A DNA stretch of 64,000 bases from Desulfatiglandales bacterium (GTDB lineage: Bacteria; Desulfobacterota; DSM-4660; Desulfatiglandales; HGW-15). The notes below the pieces were generated by a model. That model did not search any database and was not told the origin of the DNA. It saw only the letters and a list, made by a program, of their open reading frames with translations. The stretch spans positions 588,874 to 652,873 of the forward strand of contig CAXXJJ010000004.1 in the NCBI GenBank assembly GCA_963667015.2, read 5' to 3'. This document shows, one piece after another, positions 48,554-58,318 of the stretch. The translations under genes were made by a program, and so were the position numbers. The stretch's first letter is position 1, and each line of letters starts with the position of its first letter.

Positions 48554-49247
48554 CCTTTCTTTTGTAATTTATGTTCACTAAATATTTCACTGATATTATA
48601 GAGAATGAATTTATATATAGGCATAATTTAAGCAATCATTATGCCAAAATCAGGGTTTTATAAATAGCTTCAAACTCTTGTTAATTCAGTTAGTTACAGA
48701 GTGTCTGAATTTTGTTGATTTAAAAATATGTAAAAAAATACCAATTCCTCATGTACTTCATTGCTTTTGTTAGGTAAATGATTACATATCCTGACACGGT
48801 TACTTTAAATATAAAGAAGGTTAGATTTATTCAGAGACTTCGTATAATCCCGTTATTCCGTCCAAATTAAAGTTCATGCATTTATATAGAAGTTGAGACA
48901 AAAAATCCGGGCTACTTTTGAGGTCTTTTTTAAAGTATTTTCAGGTAGGGGCAGTATGTTCTAGAGTTCAAGTATACTATAACGAATAAGGATAGATTGT
49001 GCGGAGCCACAATCTTAAACCTGTTGTATGAACAGGAATAAAGACAAAACCTGCAATCACTGCTATTGATCACAGGCTTTTGAAGTGCTCCAAAACGTGT
49101 AATGTCTCCATTGTATCTGAATTACATTTGGTATTAGAAAGCTAGAGTAAGGCAGGTAACAATAAAAGTCATAACTATCCTTCCGATACTGTCAGGTCAG
49201 GTACAGGTCAGGACACATTATCTCTATTTGTCAGCGTTTTCTGTATC

Positions 49248-50225
49248 TTAATCTGTATTCTCAGGCATCTGAGACAGCCGATTTTCCTCCATTTTCATTG
49301 CGGATTTTTGGAGATTGATATACTCATTGAACTCTTTCATCTGAGAATCCGTCATAATTTCTTTAGCCGCTTCGGAGTATTCATTTAATGTTTTTTTATC
49401 AGCCTCCAGCTTTTTCAACCGATCTTCTTTGCTCCGCGAGTTTCCTTTAGATTTTATTTCTCTAATCCCCATAGAATCTTCAACAGCCTGTCTTATTTTA
49501 TAGAATCCAGCTACCAGATCCTTTACCTGCTGTTTATTAAGCTGATTATCTCCGGAAAGTATCCTGCTATTTATAGTTCCTATAAAGTTTCTATCCTGTC
49601 CTGTTTCCCCATACTCCTGATATGCAGTATATTGATCTTCAGATAACAAATTTGATAACTGGATATCATAATCTGCTTCAATATTTTCCCTTTCCTTTTG
49701 AAACTCTTCCTGATCGGCAATTTTAGAGTTTGCATTTTTAAGTTCGAGTTGTCTTTCAATAATGAGATCAATAAATTCTGACTTTTTATTAGTAGAGAGG
49801 TTGTTTTCTTCTAAAAAAGACTTGAAAAATGATGAGATTGACAGTTTTTGTCTTTCGCGAAATTTGTCATCAACCTCTATTTTTGCGCTTTCTTCTTTTT
49901 TCATAGTCGCTTCCAGATAATCCTGCCATTCCTGCATGTCAGCAATCCTGGATTCAAGTTTATTAATCCTGTCCTGACAGTCATTATCAGTTTCTGTTGA
50001 TCTATTTTTTTCCGGAGAAATATTATCAGAGTCGCTTCCTGTCCGGTTTATTTCTGCATTTGATCCGGATTGCTCTTTTTCTGCAACAGCATATATACTC
50101 AATTCGTTTTCTAATCTATTGATGTGTCTGTTCTGAAGCAAAACTGCTATTATTAAAAACACGATAATGATAACGAGAAATATCGGGATAGCCTGATTCT
50201 TTTTAGCTGTTATTTGTTTTTCCAT
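49248..50225 (-). CDS. Hypothetical membrane-anchored coiled-coil protein
   Basis: One N-terminal TM helix (IPIFLVIIIVFLIIAVLL) followed by a long charged helical region. Confidence 0.6.
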   Translation of the reverse strand: MEKQITAKKNQAIPIFLVIIIVFLIIAVLLQNRHINRLENELSIYAVAEKEQSGSNAEINRTGSDSDNISPEKNRSTETDNDCQDRINKLESRIADMQEWQDYLEATMKKEESAKIEVDDKFRERQKLSISSFFKSFLEENNLSTNKKSEFIDLIIERQLELKNANSKIADQEEFQKERENIEADYDIQLSNLLSEDQYTAYQEYGETGQDRNFIGTINSRILSGDNQLNKQQVKDLVAGFYKIRQAVEDSMGIREIKSKGNSRSKEDRLKKLEADKKTLNEYSEAAKEIMTDSQMKEFNEYINLQKSAMKMEENRLSQMPENTD

Positions 50226-50231
50226 TTTTTC

Positions 50232-51215
50232 TCACACATCAAAATGTTTATATATCTCCTGAGCTAACGTCGGTGCATTTCCATTCACCCTGTTGTTCAA
50301 TATAACGTTGCTATAAACTCCTGCTTTAATACCCGCGTTTATAATCTCAATTGTCTCATTAATCATCTCAGGGTTTACGATCTCATCAACCGGTTTATTA
50401 AAAGGGAAGGTCCTGGCATAGGAGTCGTTATAGCTCATTCTTAAGGGCGTCAATAATCGTATTATAGATTGACGTCCTGAGTTGTAAAAGGCCTTTCGGG
50501 CCTTTGTAAACTGTTTCCATAGCGGAGGCAGCCAGGTCCAGTGTGACAGGACATGACCAATACCGCGCCTGTAAAGCATGTCAAAATACTGGTGTGTATG
50601 ATAAAAATCTGTCCTTGTCTCAATATGATATCTTTTATCTTTTGGCAAATTATCAAAGAAATTTTCCAGGTCTTCAACATACTGCTTCGGAGGTATCCGG
50701 TCTGCCTTCCTGTGATATTCCTGTTCAAAAGCAAAGCCAATAATATTTTCTCCAAGAATCGCATTTGCCGGGTCGTAAAACTGGTTTATGAACAATTCGG
50801 AATTTAGGTAATTTTTGTTTTCAACCTGTTTTCCTGCCTGGTATAGAGTTTTCGCAAATATCACCTGTGGGACCTTTAAAATTATGTAGTCCCTGTCTTT
50901 CAGGTATTTGGCGTAGCTTTGCAGCAGTTGATAACTAGAGGTAGGCTCCAGTTTGTTATTGAGCAAAGGCCTGTAAAATGTGAAATCAATTTCAAGAACT
51001 GAGAAATGTTCAAAATACTCTACTACACTTTCAATAGGGAGTACCTCTTCTTTGAATGTCTCATTTCCAACCCTATGACTTCGTGTTGAGGTCTTGTACT
51101 TTCCTTCGGTATATATCTGCCCTATCCAACCTGCATATCGGTCAGAAGCAGTGCCTAAACGGACATCAGGGCGAAGGTTCCTGAAGAAATAGACGTTGGA
51201 TGTTTGTGATTGCAT
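50232..51215 (-). CDS. DUF72 (UPF0759) family protein
   Basis: N-terminal ...RLGTASDRYAGWIGQIY... resembles the DUF72 signature (GxxGWxxxxWxxxFYP-type). 327 aa. Confidence 0.6.
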   Translation of the reverse strand: MQSQTSNVYFFRNLRPDVRLGTASDRYAGWIGQIYTEGKYKTSTRSHRVGNETFKEEVLPIESVVEYFEHFSVLEIDFTFYRPLLNNKLEPTSSYQLLQSYAKYLKDRDYIILKVPQVIFAKTLYQAGKQVENKNYLNSELFINQFYDPANAILGENIIGFAFEQEYHRKADRIPPKQYVEDLENFFDNLPKDKRYHIETRTDFYHTHQYFDMLYRRGIGHVLSHWTWLPPLWKQFTKARKAFYNSGRQSIIRLLTPLRMSYNDSYARTFPFNKPVDEIVNPEMINETIEIINAGIKAGVYSNVILNNRVNGNAPTLAQEIYKHFDV

Positions 51216-51238
51216 TCTGTTTATTTTCCATTTAATTA

Positions 51239-52345
51239 TTAAAAGATTGTACCTCGCTGCTTGTCTGTTTCAAGCTGTGATGCCAGTCTCTCCGCCAGTA
51301 AAAGAAGTTCATCTTTCTTTTCCAGACCATCAATAAAACGTTTAGGGATATTGCTCAATCCAACCTGTGCACCTGTGAGAGCGCCGGTAAGAATAGCCCG
51401 TGACTGGTTCTGTCCCCCACCGTTTACAGCATGCAGAACCGCCGATTCAAAATCGTTATGGAATCTGGCCGACAGATAATATGCAGCCGGAATCATATGG
51501 TAAATTACGCATGACAAACCATAGACAATGGACACCTTCCAGGCTGGTTCGATACGTATATCAGGATCAGATGCAGCCCTGGCCATACATGAAGGTGAAG
51601 TCAAGGCATCAGGTGAGGCAAAGCGTCCTGCCCGCGGGGGTTCAGGATCTCCAGTGCGCGGCGGCTGCATATTTTCACGTACTACCGAATGGAAAGGCAG
51701 CTCCCCTCTTTTTACCAGTTTCATAAGTTTTCCGGAGATCTCCTGGTCCAGCTTGTGTCCCTGGACAAGAAGCCCCAGTACAGATCCAAATGCAACAGTC
51801 ATTGATACAACAGTATCATCAACCTGTGTAAGGATTGTATTGCTGGTAATTTCGGATGCAAGTTTTGCAGGGTTTAATGCGTATCTAACTGCTATGGCAA
51901 GGGTTCGCTCTATTGCTTCTGTAGTGTCTGCATGCCCTCCTGTCTGCCCCCATGGTAACTTCTGCTTAACACGTTTGCGCCATGCTTCACGAATAGACTG
52001 GCTGGTATAATTACTCGGTCCATTTACAGGAGTTCCATCCAGAAGCGGAAAAAGCTCATCATCCATCCGACGGCAAAAATCCAGCTCATTGTATTCCCTG
52101 TTCTCAACAAGTGACCGGAGTAAAAGCAGAAGAATATATCCTGCCTGAGAAGGCTGACCGGCTTTCATACCATCATGGTAGCGACCGGGTTTAGGATCAG
52201 TGTATCCATCTATCCATTCCCCAAAGTCTCTGCGAAGTTCATTAAGGTCATAATACCAGTGGGGGCCAAGACCCAGGGCATCACCAATAAATGCGCCCAT
52301 TATGGACCCGGCAGCACGATCTTTTATACCTGAAGAATCAATCAT
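51239..52345 (-). CDS. ADP-ribosylglycohydrolase family protein
   Basis: GSIMGAFIGDALG... N-terminus and C-terminal GGGQNQSRAILTGALTGA. Confidence 0.8.
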   Translation of the reverse strand: MIDSSGIKDRAAGSIMGAFIGDALGLGPHWYYDLNELRRDFGEWIDGYTDPKPGRYHDGMKAGQPSQAGYILLLLLRSLVENREYNELDFCRRMDDELFPLLDGTPVNGPSNYTSQSIREAWRKRVKQKLPWGQTGGHADTTEAIERTLAIAVRYALNPAKLASEITSNTILTQVDDTVVSMTVAFGSVLGLLVQGHKLDQEISGKLMKLVKRGELPFHSVVRENMQPPRTGDPEPPRAGRFASPDALTSPSCMARAASDPDIRIEPAWKVSIVYGLSCVIYHMIPAAYYLSARFHNDFESAVLHAVNGGGQNQSRAILTGALTGAQVGLSNIPKRFIDGLEKKDELLLLAERLASQLETDKQRGTIF

Positions 52346-52727
52346 GGTTTTCCCATAATTACATATTTTGAGTTTTTATTGAATACCCTTGCAAGGTTGT
52401 TCTTTTTACCTGCTTCCTGTCGATTGATATTTCGAGGCATGTCCTATCGTCCTTATGTCTCAGAGTCCTTAGGTCAATGAGTCAATTACAGATCCCTTTA
52501 TTGAGTAGCATTGCCTCTTCTCTTATTTCCGCAATAGAATCTTGCATAGCAATCTTTAGTGAGTTAATGCGTAATTTAACCGGTATATAGTCTAATTTAA
52601 GAAATCTTAATACAGCTAACAAATCCCATTATCCAACTTAAGGCTATTAAGAAGTTATGTTGGTTAATAATGGATAGTAAAAAACAATTTCATCCTGCTA
52701 AAGTCAAACCAAAAACGAGGAGGAAAA

Positions 52728-52907
52728 ATGAAGAAACAGCAAAGTCATCAGCTACACATTATTTGGGATTATATAGCGTCACCGATAAAAATACCAGCGG
52801 AAACAAGAGAGAGATTGGTTGATTTTCTTAGCGAACTACTGTCGGCCTATTGGCAAGAATGTAAGGAAGACCAAAATAAAGATACAAGGAGGAATGAGAA
52901 TGATTAA
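52728..52907 (+). CDS. Possible 59-aa ORF preceding the recombinase remnant
   Basis: ATG at 52728 follows GAGGAGG. Reads MKKQQSHQLHIIWDYIASPIKIP.... It overlaps the recombinase start. No homology recognised. Confidence 0.3.
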   Translation: MKKQQSHQLHIIWDYIASPIKIPAETRERLVDFLSELLSAYWQECKEDQNKDTRRNEND

Positions 52908-53265
52908 TAAAATTAATGCTGAACATATAAAGCGAAAAGCATTTATATACATTCGTCAGTCAACTACTGGCCAGGTTATACACCATCGTGAGAGCCAACT
53001 ATTGCAATATGGTTTGGTAGAACGAGCAAAGGGATTAGGATGGAATGAGGAAAACATAAAAGTGATAGATAGTGATTTAGGTACGACTGCATCGGGATGT
53101 GTTGATAGAAAAGGATTTCAGGATCTTCTATCATCTGTTTGTGAGGGAAAGGCAGGTGCTATTTTTTCGATAGAAGTATCAAGGCTGGCTCGTAATGGTC
53201 GAGAGTGGCATACGTTGCTTGAGATCTGTGCGCTTACCCATTTATTTCAATACCTTTTCGCTTGA
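52900..53265 (+). pseudogene. Truncated large serine recombinase (N-terminal ~112 aa of the catalytic domain only)
   Basis: AFIYIRQSTTGQV (catalytic Ser context) and SRLARNGREWHTLLEIC. Homology stops abruptly at about 53237-53265 and the frame ends in junk (THLFQYLFA*). Confidence 0.75.
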
Positions 53266-53375
53266 CGCCAATATTCAGATCTACGGAAACCTGTTTTACA
53301 CATTCAATCACAACTTTTGCACTCATTTCATTTACCCTTGAATATGCGGAATAAGGGACATAGTCAAAAAAGTAA
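53262..53375 (-). pseudogene. Fragment of an SF1 helicase-like gene, paralogous to 54100-54215
   Basis: The minus-strand reading YSAYSRVNEMSAKVVIECVKQVSVDLNIGV matches YSRVYEKSAEAVIKCVKQVSGDLGIGI in the 53973..54420 fragment. Nucleotide similarity is visible (ggaaacctgttttacacatt). Confidence 0.55.
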
Positions 53376-53455
53376 ATCAAGTTATTTTATGTCGAGGATC
53401 TGTTCTTTTCCAACTGGCATCCTGCCTCTTTAAACAGAAAGTAAACGTAAATTTA

Positions 53456-53481
53456 CTCGTCCCATAAATTTATGGGACGAG
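53456..53481. repeat. Perfect 26-bp palindrome CTCGTCCCATAAATTTATGGGACGAG
   Basis: Read directly from the sequence. Lies in non-coding debris between the gene fragments. Confidence 0.7.
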
Positions 53482-53773
53482 CAGGAAAATTATCAATAAA
53501 ATTACCTAACTATTTGATACATCTATTATTTTACGAAAACAGGTTTTTGATTTTAGTGGACAGGTAATAATTCATCATCGTAAGCGTCAATTCAATTATT
53601 ATTTGGCTTTCCTATTTAAAAAAGGGAATGATGAGGAATGGAAAGGAAATCTCACGATGCTGGATGTAAAGTGCAATGCGGACGATTTCACTGAGGCCGC
53701 AAGAACGATAAATATTTTTTAATCCCAAAATAAATCTATGTATGGTATAAAGATAAAATTCCGGAGGAATAAA

Positions 53774-53953
53774 ATGAAAGAATTCAGTGTAATAATAGAA
53801 AAAGACGAGGATGGTTTTTTTGTTGCATCTGTTCCTGCTCTCCTTGGTTGCCATACTCAGGCTAAATCCCTCGATACATTGATGAAAAGAGTAAAGGAGG
53901 CGATTGAGCTCTGTCTTGAAACAGAAAAACCGATAACCAGTGAATTCATGTAA
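53774..53953 (+). CDS. HicB-family (UPF0150) antitoxin-like protein; orphan
   Basis: Lies within track ORF 53738..53953. ATG at 53774 follows GGAGG. MKEFSVIIEKDEDGFFVASVPALLGCHTQAKSLDTLMKRVKEAIELCLE is the typical HicB N-domain. No HicA ORF is nearby. Confidence 0.7.
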   Translation: MKEFSVIIEKDEDGFFVASVPALLGCHTQAKSLDTLMKRVKEAIELCLETEKPITSEFM

Positions 53954-53972
53954 AAGATGACGCTGTTAAGTT

Positions 53973-54420
53973 TTAAAGCTTGTACCAATTGGGCTGCTTG
54001 TAAGTGGAACTGGAATGTGGTGTACTGCATTTAATTGGGATTCTATGGTTCGGCTGTTCTTCCTTAAGGAGATCATTTATGTATTTTGATTGTTCGGTAT
54101 ATGGTGTAATAATGCCGATGCCCAGATCACCGGAAACCTGTTTTACACATTTAATAACAGCTTCTGCACTCTTTTCATATACTCTAGAATATGAACCTCT
54201 CCGACGTTTACAAAAAGCCTCATCAAGTGCTACCTGATAAATACTCCTACCCATTGCCTTTTTAACAAATGGATTGTTTGACTGAACCACCGGCGGAAGC
54301 TGCATTGGATCACCAACAATAACCGATTTTTCTCTTGCCATTGTTGTACTGCAGCAAAGAGAAGGGAGCACAGCCATTTCTGCCTCTTCAACAATTATAC
54401 AGTCAAAGACCTCATTTTTT
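53973..54420 (-). pseudogene. Fragment of a superfamily-1 DNA/RNA helicase (motif III-V region only)
   Basis: FDCIIVEEAE...VIVGDPMQLPPVV and ...IGIITPYTEQ motifs. It lacks the Walker A region, and the C-terminus degenerates. Confidence 0.65.
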
Positions 54421-54443
54421 AAAATGTCTCCTGTTTAAAATAT

Positions 54444-54493
54444 AGGCCTTCACTTTTCACATCCTTACTGACCACTGTGAAAAGTAAAGACCT
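54444..54493 (-). terminator. 17-bp imperfect hairpin downstream of the LRR gene; its right arm is copy 2 of the 26-nt repeat
   Basis: AGGCCTTCACTTTTCAC-16 nt-GTGAAAAGTAAAGACCT (two mismatches). On the minus strand it is followed by tatatttta. Confidence 0.5.
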
Positions 54494-54510
54494 GACACTG
54501 TTTCTTTCTT

Positions 54511-57500
54511 CTATTTTATTTTCTCTACTTTATGTGAAGATACTGCTTCACCCTGTTTATATAATTTGTCAAACTTATTAGTATTGATGGTTGTTTTTTT
54601 ATAAGCGTTATCCATAAGCTCTCTGGAATCAAATATATCCAGATAGATCTCGGCAAATTTACCCAGTAAGGGTAATATGTATGTTCCTGTTCTGAATAAT
54701 AATCCTTCAGGATTTTCGTTTGCTTTTACTTCAAGCTTATCAAAACATCCCCGGATAAAATTTGCCAGATCAGGAGCAAATCCTTCCACATGGGTCTGGG
54801 CGCCTTTAAGGGCCTTTATCCAGTTTGTTACCGGCATATATACCTTTTTCCCATCTGCTCCAATCCAGTCCATATGGTATCCTATAAGCTCCTGTGAGCT
54901 GATATTCCCGAATATTCCTGAACCACCTCCGCCACCACCTCCTTCACTCTCGCCTCCATTATTATCTCCATTATCACCTCCATTATTAGGAGGTGGCTCA
55001 CAATCGGTTAATCTGGTCAGGGTAGGATCCCCCAGGATAATTCTGGGGGCGTAATAATAATCCCATAAATCCAATTCTAGTGAATTAAAAAGATAAAACA
55101 GAGGAACATTAATATGAGTCTTAAATGATTGCCCGAAGTTTTTACCTGAATCTAAAGCCGCAGCAATATTATGCCCATAAAATCCCTCAACATTGCTGGG
55201 CATATTACAGGTAACTATATATGTTGAACCCTGTGCAACGACAACCATGCTGGTTGGGCTGTAAAGAATGGATGTTAAGAAGTTATCAACATAATCCAGG
55301 TTCCCTACAGAGCAGCCAGTAGTTGTAAAAAAGGCAGTTTTCACAGGATTATTTTCAACCCATGAAATATCAATTTGCCCGTTTGATGAAGGTGTTCCAT
55401 GTGTATGGGTATTTGTAAAATCAGACAGGCCTGCGGATAAGTCAGCGTAACCCTGCGCAACGGTCAATCCTTGCGAAGGGCTTTCAAAGTATATTCGTGC
55501 GGAAGGAGCATTACTGAAGGGTGTCCAGGCATTGTCTCCATCCTCTAATTCATAAAGGAGATCATTGTGCTCTTCAACTGTTGCTGCTGTGTAAATTTCA
55601 CTGATATGCAAAAAGGCCTCTGGTAAGGTATAGTTGCAGGTGCGGTACTCATGGTTTTTTTTAAAATACCGCTTTAGGGCGCTTACAGTATCAGTAAGAT
55701 TGTCTTTGTAATATGGCAGTACACCCACCCAGATCTCCCATTCCAGATTTCCGCTATGGATATCAAATGAATAATCCTTTCCGCCCGGTGATACATATCC
55801 AGCCGATGTTTCGAATATGCCATCCAGGTCACTATAATATTGATAGCTTATCACTTCATATTCTTCAGGGTTAGAACCAGGGGTTATGTACCATTGATAT
55901 GCATAAGGTATATTTCCTATTAAAATTGCACCTTCGAGCTCTTCATCTGTCTGCACATACAATTCCTGTAGATACTCTCTGATTTCTGGTGGAGTTATAT
56001 TGCTGACCACTTTTTCAATGACTGTATACCCTTCATTGGTTAGATCTGTTTTAAATTGGCTGAGCTCTGAATTGATCTGTGCAGATAACATGGCATCTAT
56101 AATCAAGGCTACAGTGCCATTTGGAGGATTGTTTAACCGGTTGGCGTTAACAGTCAGAAGTTCCAGATTGGTAAGGTTATCCAGTTCAGGAGGTATATTA
56201 CCAGTCAATTGGTTGTTGTGCAGGAAGAGGGATTTCAGGTTTACCAGATTTCCCAGCTCTGAAGGGATAGTGCCTGTTAACTGGTTGTCGGACAGGTCAA
56301 GCGCAGTCAGGTTTATCAGATCTCCCAGTTTTGAAGGGATAGTACCTGTCAACTGATTATCGGACAGACTGAGTTCTTCCAGATTTAGCATATTTTCAAT
56401 AAATGAAGGGATAGTGCCTGTTAATTGATTATTAGACAGGTTAAAAATATTCAGGTTTATCAGATTACCCAGGTCTGAAGGGATTGCTCCTGTTAATTGA
56501 TTGTTGTACAGGTCAAGCACAGTCAGGTTTATCAGATTTCCAAATACCGATGGAATAGGGCCTGTGAGTTCATTATAAGCCAGATCAAGCCGTGTAAGGT
56601 TGGTCAGATTACCAATTTCCAGGGGTAAAGTCCCAATCAGTTTATTGAAGGATAACGATAGCTTCTCAAGGTTTGTCAGGTTACCCAGTTCTGCAGGTAT
56701 GGGGCCTGTTAGTTCATTGCCCATCAAAATCAGGCTCTCAAGGTTAGTCAGGTTGCCCAGTTCTGCAGGTATAGTACCTGTGAGTTCATTACTGTACAGG
56801 GATAAATCCTGAAGATTAGTCAGGTTACCCAGTTGTGCAGGTATAGTACCGGTGAGTTGGTTACCAGACAAGTAAAGGACTTCAAGGTTATCCAGAGCCT
56901 CCAGCTCATGAGGTATGGTGCCTGTTAACTGGTTGTAGGCTATGCTAAGAGATCTAAGATTAAGCAGGTCACACAGCTCCAGGGGTATTGTCCCTGTGAG
57001 ATTGTTAAATGTTAAATCGAGCGATTGAAGATTGATCATATTACCAATTTCCGGAGGTATAGGACCGCTGAGTTCATTGCCCATCAAAATCAGGCTCTCA
57101 AGATTAGCCAGATTGCCCAGTTCAGGAGGTATTGAACCGGTGAGTTGATTATAATCTAAACTAAGCATTTTTAGGTTTTGAAGAGCCTCCAGCTCAGGGG
57201 GTATTGTACCTGTGAGTTCATTGACGCTCAGAAACAGGGTCTTAAGATTAGTCAAATTTCCCAGTTCAGGGGGTATTGTACCTGTGAGTTCATTGCTACT
57301 CAGAGCCAGGGTCTCAAGATTAGTCAGGTTACCCAGTTCTGCAGGTATAGTGCCTGTAAGTTCACTACCAAACAGGTATAGGTCTTTAAGATTTATCATA
57401 TTGCCCAGTTCAGGAGGTATAGTACCGGTAAGTTGATTAGGACCTAAAGCAAGCTTTGTGAGGTTTTGAAGAGCCCCCAGTTCAGGGGGTATTGTACCTG

Positions 57501-57888
57501 TGAGTTCATTGCCCATCAGAGACAGGTTCTCAAGATTAGTCAAATTGCCCAGTTCAGGAGGTATAGTACCGGTTAGATTGTTTTGCAAAAGATCAATATC
57601 ATAGACACTGTCATCTGTTACAGTTATACCAAACCATGTATTTTCAGTGCCGGGCACTGCAAATCCATCCGCATCAACAGGTGCAGCCTTCCAGCCTGAA
57701 TTATCGGTCCAGCCGTCTCCGTTTGTGCTGTTATAAAGCGCTATAAGAGCGGCTCTTTCGGACGCAGGTATTGCACCATAAGCAGCAGAATGGATTGATA
57801 ACGCAATCAGAATGATAAATATCATGGATTTAAATTGTTTAATACCAAAGAGACCCGGTGTAGATGATGCATACTTGGAACAGTTCAT
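54511..57888 (-). CDS. Secreted 1125-aa protein: N-terminal cap, 20 plant-type 24-residue LRRs, clan-CD (gingipain/C25-like) peptidase-like domain, Gly-rich linker and an unknown ~140-aa C-terminal domain
   Basis: AGGAG RBS 8 nt before ATG at 57888. Hydrophobic signal MIFIILIALSIHSAAYG. Repeats follow LxxLxLxxNxLTGTIPxELGNLxN. Candidate His (HTHG, codon 55399-55401) and Cys (TTGCSVG, codon 55312-55314) lie 29 residues apart. Confidence 0.85.
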   Translation of the reverse strand: MNCSKYASSTPGLFGIKQFKSMIFIILIALSIHSAAYGAIPASERAALIALYNSTNGDGWTDNSGWKAAPVDADGFAVPGTENTWFGITVTDDSVYDIDLLQNNLTGTIPPELGNLTNLENLSLMGNELTGTIPPELGALQNLTKLALGPNQLTGTIPPELGNMINLKDLYLFGSELTGTIPAELGNLTNLETLALSSNELTGTIPPELGNLTNLKTLFLSVNELTGTIPPELEALQNLKMLSLDYNQLTGSIPPELGNLANLESLILMGNELSGPIPPEIGNMINLQSLDLTFNNLTGTIPLELCDLLNLRSLSIAYNQLTGTIPHELEALDNLEVLYLSGNQLTGTIPAQLGNLTNLQDLSLYSNELTGTIPAELGNLTNLESLILMGNELTGPIPAELGNLTNLEKLSLSFNKLIGTLPLEIGNLTNLTRLDLAYNELTGPIPSVFGNLINLTVLDLYNNQLTGAIPSDLGNLINLNIFNLSNNQLTGTIPSFIENMLNLEELSLSDNQLTGTIPSKLGDLINLTALDLSDNQLTGTIPSELGNLVNLKSLFLHNNQLTGNIPPELDNLTNLELLTVNANRLNNPPNGTVALIIDAMLSAQINSELSQFKTDLTNEGYTVIEKVVSNITPPEIREYLQELYVQTDEELEGAILIGNIPYAYQWYITPGSNPEEYEVISYQYYSDLDGIFETSAGYVSPGGKDYSFDIHSGNLEWEIWVGVLPYYKDNLTDTVSALKRYFKKNHEYRTCNYTLPEAFLHISEIYTAATVEEHNDLLYELEDGDNAWTPFSNAPSARIYFESPSQGLTVAQGYADLSAGLSDFTNTHTHGTPSSNGQIDISWVENNPVKTAFFTTTGCSVGNLDYVDNFLTSILYSPTSMVVVAQGSTYIVTCNMPSNVEGFYGHNIAAALDSGKNFGQSFKTHINVPLFYLFNSLELDLWDYYYAPRIILGDPTLTRLTDCEPPPNNGGDNGDNNGGESEGGGGGGGSGIFGNISSQELIGYHMDWIGADGKKVYMPVTNWIKALKGAQTHVEGFAPDLANFIRGCFDKLEVKANENPEGLLFRTGTYILPLLGKFAEIYLDIFDSRELMDNAYKKTTINTNKFDKLYKQGEAVSSHKVEKIK
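56130..57600 (-). repeat. Tandem 72-bp coding repeats (LRR units) inside the LRR gene
   Basis: Recurrent blocks such as ggtattgtacctgtgagttcattg and cccagttcaggaggtat at 72-nt spacing. Confidence 0.85.
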
Positions 57889-58318
57889 ATCTCAATCTCC
57901 TCTATTAAAGTAATTCATGTAACATCTTTGCTCATCAATCTATTAACAAAAGGCTATCAGGTTAAAAAAAGGCTCAACCTTATAACGTGCTACTATTCAA
58001 AAATGCTTAGAAAACACTATCTGAAGAATATGAAAGGCCTTCATTATAAATCTTGTTGTATCAGGGGCCGGAATTTACTGTAACTTTAATGCAGAACACT
58101 GTATGTGTAAACATCATAAAATTAACAGATTATTTACAGTAAAAAACTGCATTTGATATTTAGTAATAACTGAAGTAAAAACAGATGTCCTGTGATTGTT
58201 TTCTTATGGTCCAATGGTAACATCGCCTTTGGACGCTCTGCGTCCCTTGTTAAATGTTAATGGAAAAGCCTCTTACCTAGATCATCTTTTAGAATTTTCT
58301 ATCAAGTAAGAAGAAGCG

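Noticed and set aside
53612-53854. 80-aa minus-strand track ORF, and a short plus-strand reading MLDVKCNADDFTEAARTINIF (about 53658-53723) reminiscent of Rpn/PD-(D/E)XK transposase-like proteins.
   Set aside because: The 80-aa ORF is antisense to the HicB gene and is low-complexity. The LDVKC match is about 20 residues, too short to call even as a pseudogene.
53954-53972. Search for a HicA toxin partner on either side of hicB.
   Set aside because: No ORF with the HicA dsRBD-like pattern lies within 300 nt on either side. HicB is therefore treated as an orphan or remnant rather than part of a complete TA system.
56130-57600. Regularly spaced direct repeats that could be mistaken for a CRISPR array.
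   Set aside because: The period is 72 bp, the repeats are in frame within a long ORF, the 'spacers' are also conserved, and the translation is a canonical LRR. These are coding tandem repeats.
58205-58262. tRNA-like D-loop string (ggtccaatggtaacatc) followed by a GGACGC-TCT-GCGTCC hairpin.
   Set aside because: No acceptor stem, anticodon arm or T-arm (GTTCRANYC) can be drawn, so it is not a tRNA gene. At most it is a fragment.
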